Assembly (NCBI GenBank): GCA_013265495.1
Contig: MU057999.1
Location: 620,001-684,000, forward strand
Reading direction: 5' to 3'
DNA: 64,000 nucleotides
Source: Vicugna vicugna
Taxonomy: Eukaryota
The notes beneath the pieces are model-generated. The model ran no database searches. It was given only the letters and a program-made list of their open reading frames with translations, and was not told where the DNA came from. Positions 13,713-25,715 of this stretch are shown here, piece after piece. Position 1 is the stretch's first letter, and every line of letters starts with the position of its first letter. A program made the position numbers and the translations under genes.

Positions 13713-13787
13713 ATTTAGCCAAGGAGAACTTCTTGAGCAGTTGGGGCATGGCGTCTCGAGGGTGGACCTCCACAGTCAGCTGTGTCC
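13713..13787 (-). CDS. KY: KY coding exon 4 (75 nt, phase 1-1)
   Basis: tcctttgcag|GGACAC...AAAT|gtacgt; encodes (G)TQLTVEVHPRDAMPQLLKKFSLAK. Confidence 0.95.
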
Positions 13788-13936
13788 CTGCAAAGGAATA
13801 GGAGGTGATATTCTCTGCCAGATGCAGTGTTTCATGACAGATGTCTGAACAACAAAACACAAGTGGTTTTAGAGCTTTCTTTTGAATACCCAAGTAATTT
13901 TTGTTTAAAAAAACCCCGAAAACCAAGAAATAAGCA

Positions 13937-16900
13937 GTTTCCAGATCTGGGCAAGATGGAGTAAACGTATTCCGCCTTGTCTCTCCCACTGACTGCAGCT
14001 GTAAGCATTGGAAAGAATGCATGGACCAACTATCTGAGGACTCTGCAAAGTAAATGATAGAAGGCAAATTGGGGAAGAAGATTAGAATTTAAAGCATCAT
14101 TAAATTGGCAAAATTGACCGTTCCCCTACCCTTATAGTATTACCTAAACTGGACTCAAAGGCAGCCCCAAACCTACAAATGCATGATGGATGCAGGCAAA
14201 GAGTGCTCTAAGGGAAGCCCTTTCTTCCAGCCTATGGAATGAGAAAGGGAAACTCTAAGAGTCAGAGAGAGTGGGGGAAATTTCCACCCGCCTCCGTTTT
14301 CTGTTATCTCTGGACTCAGCCCCTAGGGAAATTCTGTTGGTAGCAGTGCAGCAGTAATTCTGGTGGCCCTGTAGGCACCTAAGTCTTTGAGGGAAGGTAC
14401 CAGCAAAGCTACGATTCCCAAGAGTGTGGGGGAAAATACTCATTGGTTTTTTTCTCTTTCTATTCTCCACTGTTTGGCTCCAGATGCAGACACAGTGGTG
14501 AGAAATACCTGGACAAATGGGGAAACTAAAATCCCAGCTTTTGGGCTGAAGGACAGGGAAGTGGGTAGTAAAGAGGTAGGGAGCTCAAGAAAGCAATTCC
14601 GTAAAGTTATGGATGAACTCCTGTGGTCACCTCTGCATGGATGGGTCTCAACCATGTTGTGTATGCTTGGATCTCATCTTAAACATCATATCACAGCCTT
14701 TGAGAATTAAACTATGGGGAAGGCCAATGCCCAGACTGACTGCTGGGTGGTGCATGTGCAGGGCAGATCTGTACAGCATTACAAAGGCTACAATTCCAAA
14801 TTACTCAGTATGGAACAACCTTGGAAAATGTATCATCTTAAAAAGGAAAAGAAAATCAACAGATGCTAACCCCGTGATGACACAGATTTTGGAATTACCA
14901 AAGACTTAAAACAGCCATAATGACCATGCTCTAAGAAGTGAGGGTAAACAGTCTTGAAATAAAGGAAAAGAGATAAAGTATCAGTCAAAGTGAGAGGATA
15001 TGAAGAAGAAACAAACAAACAAAAAATTTAGAACTGAAAATATAGTAGTTTCAGAATTACCTGGATATGTTCAATAGCAAAATATTGATGACAAAGGAAA
15101 GAGTCAGTGAACTTGAAGACAGATCAATAAGAATTATTCAATACAAACAATAGAGAGAAGCAGTGAACAGAACCTCAGGAACCTGTGGGGCAATACCTAA
15201 AGATTTAACATTCATGTCACTGAGGTCTCAGAAAGAAAGGAGAAATAGTGTGGTACAGAAGAAATATTTAAAGAAATAATGACAGAATCATCAATGAAAC
15301 CAAGAGCTGGTTTTTTGAAAAGATCAGTAAAATTGATAAAGCTCTAATCAGAGTTACCAAATAAGAAAGAGGTAAGATGCAAGTCAGGAATCAAGACACC
15401 AATATCAGGGATGAAATGAAGGCTTTCACTGCAGACCCCATATATATTAAAAGAATAATAAAGGAATACTATAAACAACTCTATGCACAAACATTCTGCA
15501 ACTTAAATGAAATAGACCAATTCCTTGAAAGCTACAAACTACTAAAACTCACCCAATGAGTAGTTAACCTGAATACTCCTATATCTATTTTTAAAACTAA
15601 ATTTGTAGCTCAAAATCTTCTGAAAACAAACAAACAAGTATGCAAACAAAAGCCAGGTCCAGATGGTTTCACTGGCAAATTCTAACAAAATTTAAAAAGA
15701 AATAACACCAATATCAATTTTTCACAAGATCCTTCAGAAAATAGAAGAGTAGTGAATACTTTATAAACATTATATGAGGCCAGCATTAATCTGATATGAA
15801 AAGAAGGCAAAGACAGTGTAAGGAAAGAATACTACAGACAAGTATTTCTTATGAACATAAACATAAAAATCTTCAATAAAATATTAGAAAATAAAATTCA
15901 GCAATATAGTAAAAGAATCAAGTCACAACCAAGTGTAGTTTATTCTGGCAATGCAAGGCTAGTTCAATATCTGAAAATCAGTGAATGTGATTCACCATAT
16001 CAGCAGGTTAAAGAGGAAAAACCACATGATCATATCAATTGATGGAGAAAAAATATTTGACAAAATTTAACATCCATTCATAACGAAACCTCTCAAGAAA
16101 CTAGGAATAGAGGGAAATTTCCTAAATCCAAAAAAGAACATCTACCTAAAACCTAGCAGAAACAGCATATTTAATGGTGAAAAGAGGAATATTTTCCCCC
16201 TAGGATTGGAAACAAGGCATGGATGTCCACTCTCTCTGTTCCTAATAAACATTATATTGAAAGTCCTATCCAGTGCAATAAGATAAGAGAAAGAAATAAA
16301 AGTCATATAGAGCAGAAAAGAAAAAATAAAATTCTCCTATTCACAGATGATATGTCTATCTACACAGAAAAATTCCAAGTAATCTACAAAAGAAGTTCCT
16401 AGTACCAAAAGGTAAGTATGGCCATGGGATACAAGGTCAGCACCCCAAAATTAATCATATTTATACAGGCAATAAATGATTAGAAACTGAGTTTAAAAAT
16501 TACTATTTCCCATAGCTCCAAAAATGAAATACTTACGTATAAATCTAAAAAAAAAAGTGCAATAACTTTAGGCTGAAAACTAAAAAAATATGGTCAAACA
16601 AATTAAAGAAGACTTAAATAAGTGTGGAGAAATACCATGTTCATGAAATGAAAGACTCAGTATTGTCAAGTTGGCAATTCTCTCTACATTCATCTATAGA
16701 TTTAATGCGATTTCAATCACACTCCTTGGAGGAATTTTGTAGATTGTTGATATAGGCAAGATGATTCTAAAATTTAGATGGAAAGATATAGCAACTAGAA
16801 TAACAAACCAATTTTGAAAAAAAAAAGTTGGCCTCCTCCAACTGATGTAATGATAAAGCTACGGTAATTACAACAGTGTGATGTTGGCAAAGGGATACAC

Positions 16901-17680
16901 AGCCCAATGGAGCGTAATAGAGTTAAGAAATAAACCCACACACAGGTGGAATTTTTACAGAAAAATTTTGTCTTTGTAAAAAAAATCCAATTAAAAAATG
17001 GGTAAGAGAACAGATCTATCACCAAACAAGTGATTACAGGTGCCAAATAAGAGATTACAGATGTTCAGCATGATTAGCCATCAGGAAGACTCAAATTGAA
17101 AGCAGAATGAGATATCACACTTATTAGAAGAGCAATAATAAAAAAAAATATAACTTTGGCTGATAAGGTTGTGGAGAAACTAGATCTCTCATATATGCTG
17201 GTGGGATTATAAAATGGTCCAGTCACTCTAGAAAATAGCTTGGCAGTTTCTTATTTAAAAAAACAAAACAGGCACTTAACATATAACTCTATGACTACAC
17301 TCCTGGGCTTTTATACCAGAGAAATAAAAACTTATGTTTACACAAAAACATACGCACAAATGTTTACAGAAGCTCCATTCATAATCACCACAAACTGGAA
17401 ACAGCTGAACGACCTTCAGTGGGTGAATGAATAAATACCTTGCAGTGCATCCATATCAGGGGTACTTCTCAACAGTACTCTTAGGAGCGATGGGAGGAGA
17501 TGAATATAAAGTACGTGCACAGGAGAATATTGAGTTGGGGGACAGAACTGCTCTGTATTCTGATTGTGGTGGTGGTGACATGAACCCGTGCCTGTGTTAA
17601 AACTCACCGAACCACACACGAGCAAATTTCATTTTACTGTATGTTAATTTAAATTAAAACAAAAATTTAAAAATACCAAC
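13937..17680 (+). mobile_element. Old, internally deleted L1 (L1MC/L1MD-like), antisense to KY in intron 3
   Basis: 5'-like start (caagatggagtaa), ORF1-like segment at about 14860-15285, decayed ORF2 (IIKEYYKQLYAQTFCNLNEIDQFLE; MNINIKIFNKILENKIQQY) and an L1MD-like 3' UTR ending in an A-rich tail; many stops and frameshifts. Confidence 0.9.
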
Positions 17681-17789
17681 CAAACAGAAAAGTCAAGGCA
17701 GAATTAAGACAACACAAAAACATGGATGATACAGAAAGATGTAAAACAGAAGGTGGCGACGCAAAGCAGGATTTTAACAATTGTGCTTT

Positions 17790-18150
17790 TTGCAACCTTC
17801 TTTGCTTAAGTCTTTATATGTCAGTGAGTAGTCGTATGTCATCATTTTGAATGGCTGCATAGTACTCTAAGCTATAGATGGTTTTATAATCATAATAAGC
17901 AATCTCCTGTTGTTGGATATTTAACTTTTCCCAAATGTTTTGCTGTTATAAACAATGGTGTGATGAACATTCTGATACGCATCACTTTACACACTTTTCA
18001 GATCTGTTCCTTCAAATAAATTCTTAAACATGGATCACTGAGCATGAAGATTTTTAAGATTTTTTGCTAGACACTGGCCAACTTTTCTCATGAATTGTCT
18101 TAACAGTTTATGATCCTCTCAACAGTGCAAGAGAATGCCGATTTTGCTCG
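17790..18150 (-). mobile_element. Ancient L1 (L1ME-like) 3' fragment
   Basis: aatggctgcatagta...tgttggatattt...ttttgctgttataaacaatggtgtgatgaacatt matches the reverse of an L1ME 3' region; it appears to resume after the LTR and SINE, to about 19010. Confidence 0.7.
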
Positions 18151-18157
18151 TTCTTGC

Positions 18158-18639
18158 TGTGCTAGATTAAAAAGTTGGCCACAGTTCTTTGTAGTTCCTC
18201 CCCCAAAGAGGTCCTTTATTCCTTCCCTTGAATTTGGGCGGGCCTTAGGATGTGGTTTGGCCAGTTAGCAGATGGCAAAAGTGACTCTTTGCAAGCTCGG
18301 AGCCTTGGCCTAGAGACGGCAGTTTCCACTTTCATTCTTGGGATTCCAGTCACAACTGCCATGTGACTGCGTCCAGGCTAGTCCCCTGGAGGGTGAGAGA
18401 CCACATGGAGTGGAGCAAAGCCGTCACAGGTGAGGCCACCCTAGACCAGCTGGTCTCCAGCCAACCCTCCAACTGATCACCACACATGAGCGAGCCCAGC
18501 CAAGACCCGTGATCAGCCGGGTGGGGCTCAGGCAAGAACGCCCAGCCAATCTGCAGTCTTCGTGAGCTGGGAAATGCTGATTGTCTTAAGCCACTGAGCT
18601 TTGGGGTGGTTTGTAACGTAAAAATAGATCACTAATACA
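18158..18639 (+). mobile_element. MaLR solo LTR (MLT1F/G/H-like)
   Basis: TG...CA termini; ends in ttaagccactgagctttggggtggtttgtaac...gatcactaataca, the MLT1 3' signature. Confidence 0.85.
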
Positions 18640-18673
18640 ATCACTGACATTTGATTTTTGTTAATCCTTTAAG

Positions 18674-18794
18674 GTTTTTTTTTTAAATTCTTTTTTGGTG
18701 GAGAGGTAATTAGGTTTTTATTTATTTATTTTAATGCAGGTACTGGGGATTGAACCCAGGACTTCGTGCATGCTCTAGACTATACTCTCCCCAC
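18674..18794 (-). mobile_element. Camelid tRNA-derived SINE (Vic-1-like), internally deleted
   Basis: Reverse strand reads ggggagagtatag...gcatgcacgaagtcctgggttcaatccccagtacc...aataaataaaaacctaattacct...polyA; TSD taatcctt(t/c)aag at 18662-18673 and 18795-18806. Confidence 0.85.
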
Positions 18795-20703
18795 TAATCC
18801 TTCAAGTTTTTATCAAGGACTAATGACACCACATTGTTCTTGGGTATGTCTTTAATTTTCAGTGCACTATTTTTCACACATCTATGTGCCATTTTTAACG
18901 CTTAGTTTGTGAATCGCCTATTTCCCTATTGACGCATTATTGCTTTCCTTATTGATTTTGTAAGAGCCCTTCTTATAAACCCTTTGCCTGCTAAAAGTGC
19001 TTTCACAGAATAACAGTACTTTCTCATAAACTTGCTCTGCATGCCAAAGAGAATGGCATTCTCAAACAAGTTCAGAAAATACAATGTGGCCTCCAAAGGG
19101 ATTACTCTGAAGGGGTTAACATTCACTTTGGTGCAGTTTCTAGCATACTCACTGTCAAAGAAAGTCAGCCCATGACTTGATAATGAAGATCGTAAGCATT
19201 TCAGCATTAAAAGCATCATTTAGCTCTGGTCGTAGGATCAGGCGCCCTGGCCATCGGCACAAATGCTGCCTGTGCCTTCCCGTGATGCCCTAGGCGTGAG
19301 ACTGCGCGCCTCTGCCTTTCCACCTTCCCCACCTGAAACACTCTGGGGCATTTTTCGAAGCGGGTGCCCAGCTGTATTTGGGTGCTAGATGCCTTGTGAA
19401 AAAAGGGTTTGAGAAACACGCCCACTTCCTTCTCTTTTGTAGGTCGCAATGCACAATGCTCTGAGAAGTCCTGCAGCAAAGGAATCGGCTTAACCCAGGA
19501 CCATTTTGTCAAACAGAATCTGGGAGACACTGGGCTGGAACAACGTCCAGAAGTGGAGAGAAGCTGTGAAACTGAACCAACCGCCTGTTGGTTTAGGGCT
19601 CAACCACAAACCTCTTCTGCGAACGTCTCCTAATGTCCAAGGACTTCCTACCGCTCCCAATTCAGGTCCGTCTCTTTGTTAAAGAAGGAGTGAGCCAAAA
19701 CCCAAAATACTCTTTCAGCCCCTCCGAGGTCGGCACTGAGGTAGCCTCACACGTGGAACGCAGATCGGCTGGAATCTCCACTCACCATCAGTTCGCACCC
19801 TTCTCTCTCCCCCCTCACAGGGACAGGGGCTGACATCCAACGTCCCCCTGAGGCCCACCCCCGGCTCTGTCCCAAACTGCTGCTACTGCTCATCACCCCC
19901 CAAAGGACCACGAAGCTCCCCGCCTCTCTGATGGGTGTGCGGCTGTGACTTCTACTCGCACTCACAAGTGTGTAAGAGCACTTCCGGGAGGCTTCTCTGC
20001 TCCCGGATGGGCCCGGGCCTGGTTCACGGTGCAGCCCTGTGCTTCCTAAAGGTGTGGAGTGGTAAGACTTTGCTGACTGTGACATTCCTGTATCAAATAA
20101 AACTCTTAATTTAAGGGAAAAAATCAATTTGCCCCGTCTCCAGTGATAGAGTGAAGCGTCATTTGGAGCAAAATTTAAACTAAGATCTAAACTTTAAATA
20201 CAATCAGATACCATTACACTCATCCAAGTCAGGACCAAACCCAAAGGACGCCCCTCCTGGGATTTCGGGTCACCCGGCTGGCTCCCTCAACTTGTTCTAC
20301 AAGTTGTCACCCAAACATTTCCTGAAGCTGTAGCTTTGGCTGTCTCAGCACAAGTGTGTTAGCAATTATTTTCTGCTGCACCTAAGAAGTGGTTCCAGGC
20401 CCCTTTCCCAGATGCTGCGGGCTCTGCTTCCTGCTCTTACCCTCAGGGATGTGAAGATGCTGTGGGCAAGCCCAGGCACGTCTGGTGCGCTGCCCTGGGC
20501 CTGCCTGCTACCCAGTCAGGAGAGTTCTCCCACCCGACAGCTTCTCCAGGTCTCTGTGGGTTCGAAGCAGGCTCTGTTTAAAGGCCTAATTTACTCAGAA
20601 TTCCTAATGCAAAGATGGCAAACAGATTTCATGTTGTTCATTAACTCTGACTGATTGGAAGTGGCTGCCTGGAGCGCTTATCAATTAGCAAAGACCGTCA
20701 GGG

Positions 20704-20729
20704 GTGTGTGTGTGTGTGTGTGTGTGTGT
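20704..20729. repeat. (GT)n microsatellite
   Basis: Perfect GT dinucleotide run. Confidence 0.95.
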
Positions 20730-21599
20730 ATGAATGTGAGTGAGTGTGCATACACGCGTGGGTGTATACGTGGTGGGGTGCTGCGGGATTCACATCAGAT
20801 ATTTGTCATCATTGACTTAAGGGGTTCCTTAACTCTCTCCGTAACCAGCTGCCACACTTACAATTTGGATTCTCTGGCTCTGGAACATTTTCCTGCAGGA
20901 GCTGAGAGTCAGAAAACCTCAGCTAAAGCATTTGTAACTTCTGAAAAAGCAACCCTGAAACAGCCCCTGGCTAGGTATTCAACAGAGGTTTCTCTGTGTT
21001 GTGGCTTCTGCCCGGAGTGTGGTGGGCAGTTCTAGTGAAGGGAGTGTGAGCTCTGATGTCCCGGGACAGCAAGCTGGATGATGACAGGGGACAGTCCAGC
21101 TCCGCAGGCCCCCTAATGGGTACTGCCAGACGCCACGTGGAAGCTCCATTCAGCACCTCTCCTGACGGGATGACAGCAAGCGTGGCCGAGCCCAGGACCG
21201 GGACCGCTGGGCCGTGTCTCCTGAAGCCCTGACTGACCCCGGCTTTCACTGGGCTCTTGAAAACTCAGGGCCACTTACGATTCCTTCTGCAGAATGGAGC
21301 TCGACCGGGATGTCCCAGGTCTGGAAACATGATAGCTTGCCCCGAGCACACACATGATCAAAGGAGGCGCAGAGTGTCTGCTCGGGGATAAGGGAGGATG
21401 ACCTGAAGGCATGCAGGCCCCAGCAGAAATCTGACTCCTCCAGAATAACGTTTGGGGCCTGAAGTCACCGGGGCTCCTCTCGTTCTGTGCATACACCCAT
21501 TACAGGTTAAACTTCTGAAGCTCTCCTCCTGCGTGAAGATCCAAGATGCCAGTGATCTTTTTATCACCTGTTGCATAAAGTTTACCCCACCCGGTGTCC

Positions 21600-21714
21600 C
21601 TCTGCTGGACGCTTTTCCCCAGATGTCGCATGACCTGCTCCTTCACCACCTCCCTTACTCAAATGTCACCTCCTCAAGGAGGCCTTTCTCAACCACTCTA
21701 TTTTAAATTGTCCC
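21600..21714 (+). mobile_element. L2 3' fragment, interrupted by the MLT1 LTR and resuming at about 22250-22380
   Basis: ctcaaatgtcacctcctcaaggaggcctttct is an L2 signature. Confidence 0.65.
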
Positions 21715-22182
21715 TGTGGTAGGCTGCATAATGGCCCTTAAAGATATCCATGTCCTAATTCTAGGAACCTGTGAATGTTACCTTATATAGCAAAGGGGAC
21801 TCTGCAGATATGATTACATTAAGGGTCTCGAGATGGGAAGGTTATCCTGGGTTATCTGGGTGGGCCCAGTGTAAGCACCAGGATGCCTATAAAATGTGGA
21901 GACTTAACCACTTGTACGGGGAGAAGGCAATTTGATGATGGAGGCAGAGATTGGAGTGACACAGCAACAAGTGAGAAGTGCCAGAATCTTCTAGAAGCTG
22001 GCAGAGTCGAGGAAAAGAGTCTCACCTAGCACCTCCAAAAGGAACCTGCCTGCCACCCGAGAGACTGATTAGCCCAGCGTGATGGATTTGGGACTAGTAG
22101 TCTCCGAATTGTTAAAGAGAATAAATTTCTTAAGCCACCAAGTTTGGGATAATATGTTACAGCAGCCAGGGGAAACTGATAC
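21715..22182 (+). mobile_element. MaLR solo LTR (MLT1C/D-like)
   Basis: Starts tgtggtaggctgcataatggccc...gatatccatgtcctaat; contains gagatgggaaggttatcctgg; ends taagccaccaagtttg...acagcagccaggggaaactgatac. Confidence 0.9.
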
Positions 22183-23598
22183 GCACCCGTGGGCACCTTT
22201 CACCTGCTTCTTGCTTTACCTTCTCCCCTGGCCTTATCTGACTCCTTGCATTTTTATTGTTAGGATCGTCAGTCACCCTCACGTGGGGGTCAGCTCCACT
22301 GGGACGGGCACCTTTGTCTGTTGTGTTCTCTGATGCTCCCCAGTGCCGGCATTTGGAGATGCTTTTTGTGGAAGGAATGGGTCAGTGTTAGTGTGGACTC
22401 CAGCTCAGCCCCAGAGCGGGGCAGCCTCTCCCTCACTTCGGTCTAGGCTCCCAGCAGGTCTTACTGCTGGGCCCATCCCATCCTGACCTACAGAGGATGC
22501 TGTCTTACTTGTAGCATGCCAAAGCCACTCTCTTCTGACCCTCTGGAAGCCTCGGACGCTGGGAGGTGGCATGTGAGTGGCCCACAAAAGCCAGGCGGGG
22601 CTCTTATGACTGGCAGGCCCCATCCCAGCCTTGTCCCACCCCGCAGGTCTGACAGTGGCCCCTTGCTCGGGGACCACAGCAGCCACATCTTAGCTTTCTC
22701 CTCTGTCAACAGGGGTAACACATGACCCCATCCAGGGGTGTGGCCAGAACTAAGGGAGATCATTGGTTGCCAATCCATCCTCCCTTTAGTTAGGTATTGC
22801 TTACTTTTGTTTTGGGGAGAGCTGAGTGCTGCGAGTCCATTTCAGAGAAGGGGCCCTGGCCTGTTCTTGTGGTGCTCAGGGCAGTAGCAGGTCGCGGTGG
22901 CCCACTGAGTGGGCCCCAGGGTTTGTCCTGGAGCCGTACTCCCAGGAATTCTGCCCTAAAAGGATACTGACCCAGATTGCAAGGAGAGCTGGCCACCTCC
23001 TGCTGGGATCTTGAACACACAGGCCAGTCCTCATGACCTGCTGGTACCTCTCCTTGGGGATGCGGGGCTAGCCAGTGTTTCACAGAGCAATGCCCCCAGA
23101 GGATCAGGATGCTCCAGGCCTCCTCCTTCACACTGCACCCTGGACATACCCCTTACAGGTTAGGGTGTCAGTGCTGAGAGCCACATGGTGAAACCTTAGG
23201 GCCGAGTCTAGGCGAGCTCTCAGACACCCGGCCCTGAGTCTTTCATGCAGAGCAGAAGACCAAGGTGAGGGGTGGGGTCTGGAGAGGGGTGGTGAAGCTG
23301 TAGCTGTGGAGTCATCCTGTTTTTAGCCCATCATGCTCTCAGATACAGTCAACTGCAGAGTCAGCACACGGATGGCCTTGCCTGTCCTTCCAGAGCCCCC
23401 AGGACCCATCCCGGCAAAGCGAGGATTCCCAAGGAAGGGCCGCTCACTCGCCCTTGCTGAGTTATGCTTGTCCCCGGAGGGAAGGCTCTGAAGACTAGTC
23501 TTAGGAGGAGAGGCCAGGGAACAGCTGGGACTCAGGAGGGACGGCTTGGACCTGGTGTGCCGGCAGGGGGAGGCCAGATTGCAGGGCGGCTGCGGAAG

Positions 23599-23629
23599 NN
23601 NNNNNNNNNNNNNNNNNNNNNNNNNNNNN
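23599..23629. other. Assembly gap (31 N)
   Basis: Run of N in a G-rich context. Confidence 1.
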
Positions 23630-23651
23630 GGGGGTGGGAGGGGGGTCACAT

Positions 23652-23847
23652 TTTTCCAGCTCTCACTCTTGCTGGCCATGTGATCTTGGACAAAAGACCA
23701 CCTTTCTCAGCCTCAGTTTACTCAAATGAAGATAGCATGAGTACCAATCAAATGTGCCTGTTGTGAAACTTAATTCACAGGAGAATGATCAAGTACAAGG
23801 CCTGGCAGGGTGCCCAGTGTGAGGTTAGCACTCAGGAAATGTTAGGT
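23652..23847 (+). mobile_element. MIR SINE
   Basis: tgtgatcttggacaa...ctcagcctcagtttactcaaatgaag...gcactcaggaaatgttag. Confidence 0.65.
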
Positions 23848-24107
23848 ACAGTGATGACAACTGGGTGATGATGATGACAGCAGGGGATTCTGTGGCCCGA
23901 AGGCTTCATTTCTCTCTCCCATGACACATGCAGCCTCTTACTGTTCCCCATGGGATGCGGGGAGAGGGGAAGGGGCGTCCACATCAATCCACAGGGCAGA
24001 GAGGACCCTGCTCCCCACAGTCTGCACTCTGCAGCTGCTGTCTGTGGTGGGGGCATCAGATCCAGGCACGCAGGAGCGGGATGAGAGGTCACAGGTGGTG
24101 ACCTTAC

Positions 24108-24170
24108 CTTGGCTGTCGTAGGACGTGATGACCTGGGTCTGCTGGGGGTGCTGTTTTTCCACCAGGTTTC
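24108..24170 (-). CDS. KY: KY coding exon 3 (63 nt, phase 1-1)
   Basis: ttctttaaatag|GAAACC...CCAAG|gtaagg; encodes (G)NLVEKQHPQQTQVITSYDSQ. Confidence 0.95.
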
Positions 24171-25477
24171 CTATTTAAAGAAGACAGAGGGACCAGCAGT
24201 GACCACTGAGCCCACGTGAGGTAGAATCTTCTCCGAGAAGCATAGAAAGCTGGCGGGGGCCCGGCTCATTCCAGGTCTGGTCTAAACCTGTGTGAATCAG
24301 CAGTGTTGCACATCTGAATGCAGAGCCAGGTGACCGTGAGTGGTGCACACACACCCTCCTGCTCTCAGCAGGGGCCACAAGAGGCCGGGTTTCTTCTCAA
24401 GAAGCTGCAGATGGCTCCCATGGGCTAAGTGACCACAAGTCCCAACTTCGGCGTCACCAGGCAGTTCCCACAGGGCAAAGGGAAGCCTCACCGGTTTCCA
24501 CAGCTTTCCGTGGAGCAGCCTGGGAAGTTCTTATCCCGATTTCAGGCCCACAGCTTGGATTGGTTAACTTTTTAAGGGTGGGTGGGTCAGATCTGAGACT
24601 TGAATGCAAGTCTCCTGCCTCCAGCTCAGCCTCCTGCCTCCCTGTGAGAAGAACAAGAGGGTGGGGCCACTCGCCTCCTACTCCAGCCTAGGAGTTGGGG
24701 TGCTTGCAGGTTCCTTCAGTTTCACAAGCACCTGCAGGACACCCACCACGCGAACGGTCTCTCCACACACAGGGAACATTCATGTCCCCGACACACAGAG
24801 CCGCCTCAGAGCTGAGTGAAGTCAAGCTGCTGTAGAAAGATGCCCAGTTCCTGCCGTGGGCCATGGAGGGGGAACCCTTAGGCGTATCTGCCCCTCCCAT
24901 GGGAAGCACTGCCTGTATCTCTCCCTTCACAGCCGCTGTGGTGGCCTGGTCTTACTGAGGCTGCCATTGACCCTCTGCTTCAGAGGAGTAGGGGGTGGCC
25001 CTGGGAAGGGCCCGAGTTACGGCAGTAGGAGGTCTCCCCGCCACCACCACCCTGGCCCCTGCCAGGCTGCAGAAAGGCCATTGGCCTGCCACTGGAAGTG
25101 ACCACTGGGACCAGTGCCCGAGCCTGGTGCAAGCAGGCCGCTGGGGCGCTGGCCTGACCTGGTTCCATTCACATGACGTCCCTAGTGTACCCAACCAGAT
25201 CTGCCACTCAGCATTTCCCACGCCTGGGCCAGGCAGAGGCCAGTCAAGGTGGGTTCATTCAGCTGGACTGAACCTGCGATCCATCTGGCAGGGTCTTTGC
25301 CCTGGAGAAGCCCGCCTGCTCCAGCAGGCCCCTCCCCTCCGCCCCTCCGGGGCTGAAGTAGGTCGTTCGGCTGAGGGCCAGGACCACTGTGGGTGCTGAC
25401 CCAGGGTGATGCAGTGTGCTGGGCTGCAACCCCAGGCCAGACCCAGGCGAGGACAGGGAGATCGCCTCCTGCGAGCA

Positions 25478-25715
25478 CAGCTGGCCGATGGAGGAAATAA
25501 GATCTGGGAAGGGAATCCTCAAGGAGGCTGATTGGCTGGCATGGCTGCTGTGGGGTATTTATAGTCAGGGCTGCACAACTGATTTCCCTGTAGCTGTGGG
25601 GCGTTAGTCCCTGTGCTGCTAGGCAGACTTCGGCCAGGACCAAGGAAAGCAGCCAATCACAGCAGGGGAAGCCCGTTGCCGGGGAAGTTGGTGGCTCAGC
25701 CCAAACACCTGCTGC
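25478..25715. promoter_or_regulatory. Candidate muscle enhancer or alternative promoter in KY intron 2
   Basis: E-boxes CAGCTG (25478), CAACTG (25576) and AACACCTGCTGC (25704-25715); MEF2/TATA-like CTATAAATAC (minus, 25555-25564); CCAAT boxes at 25531-25535 and 25653-25657. Confidence 0.45.

Noticed and set aside
15377..17434. L1 ORF2-like ORFs as active reverse transcriptase genes
   Set aside because: Short fragments broken by stops and frameshifts inside a decayed L1.
19786..19847. Possible extra small KY exon at the strong donor ATG|GTGAGT
   Set aside because: The nearest acceptor gives 62 nt, which would shift the frame; it lacks a polypyrimidine tract and does not resemble the 63-nt module.
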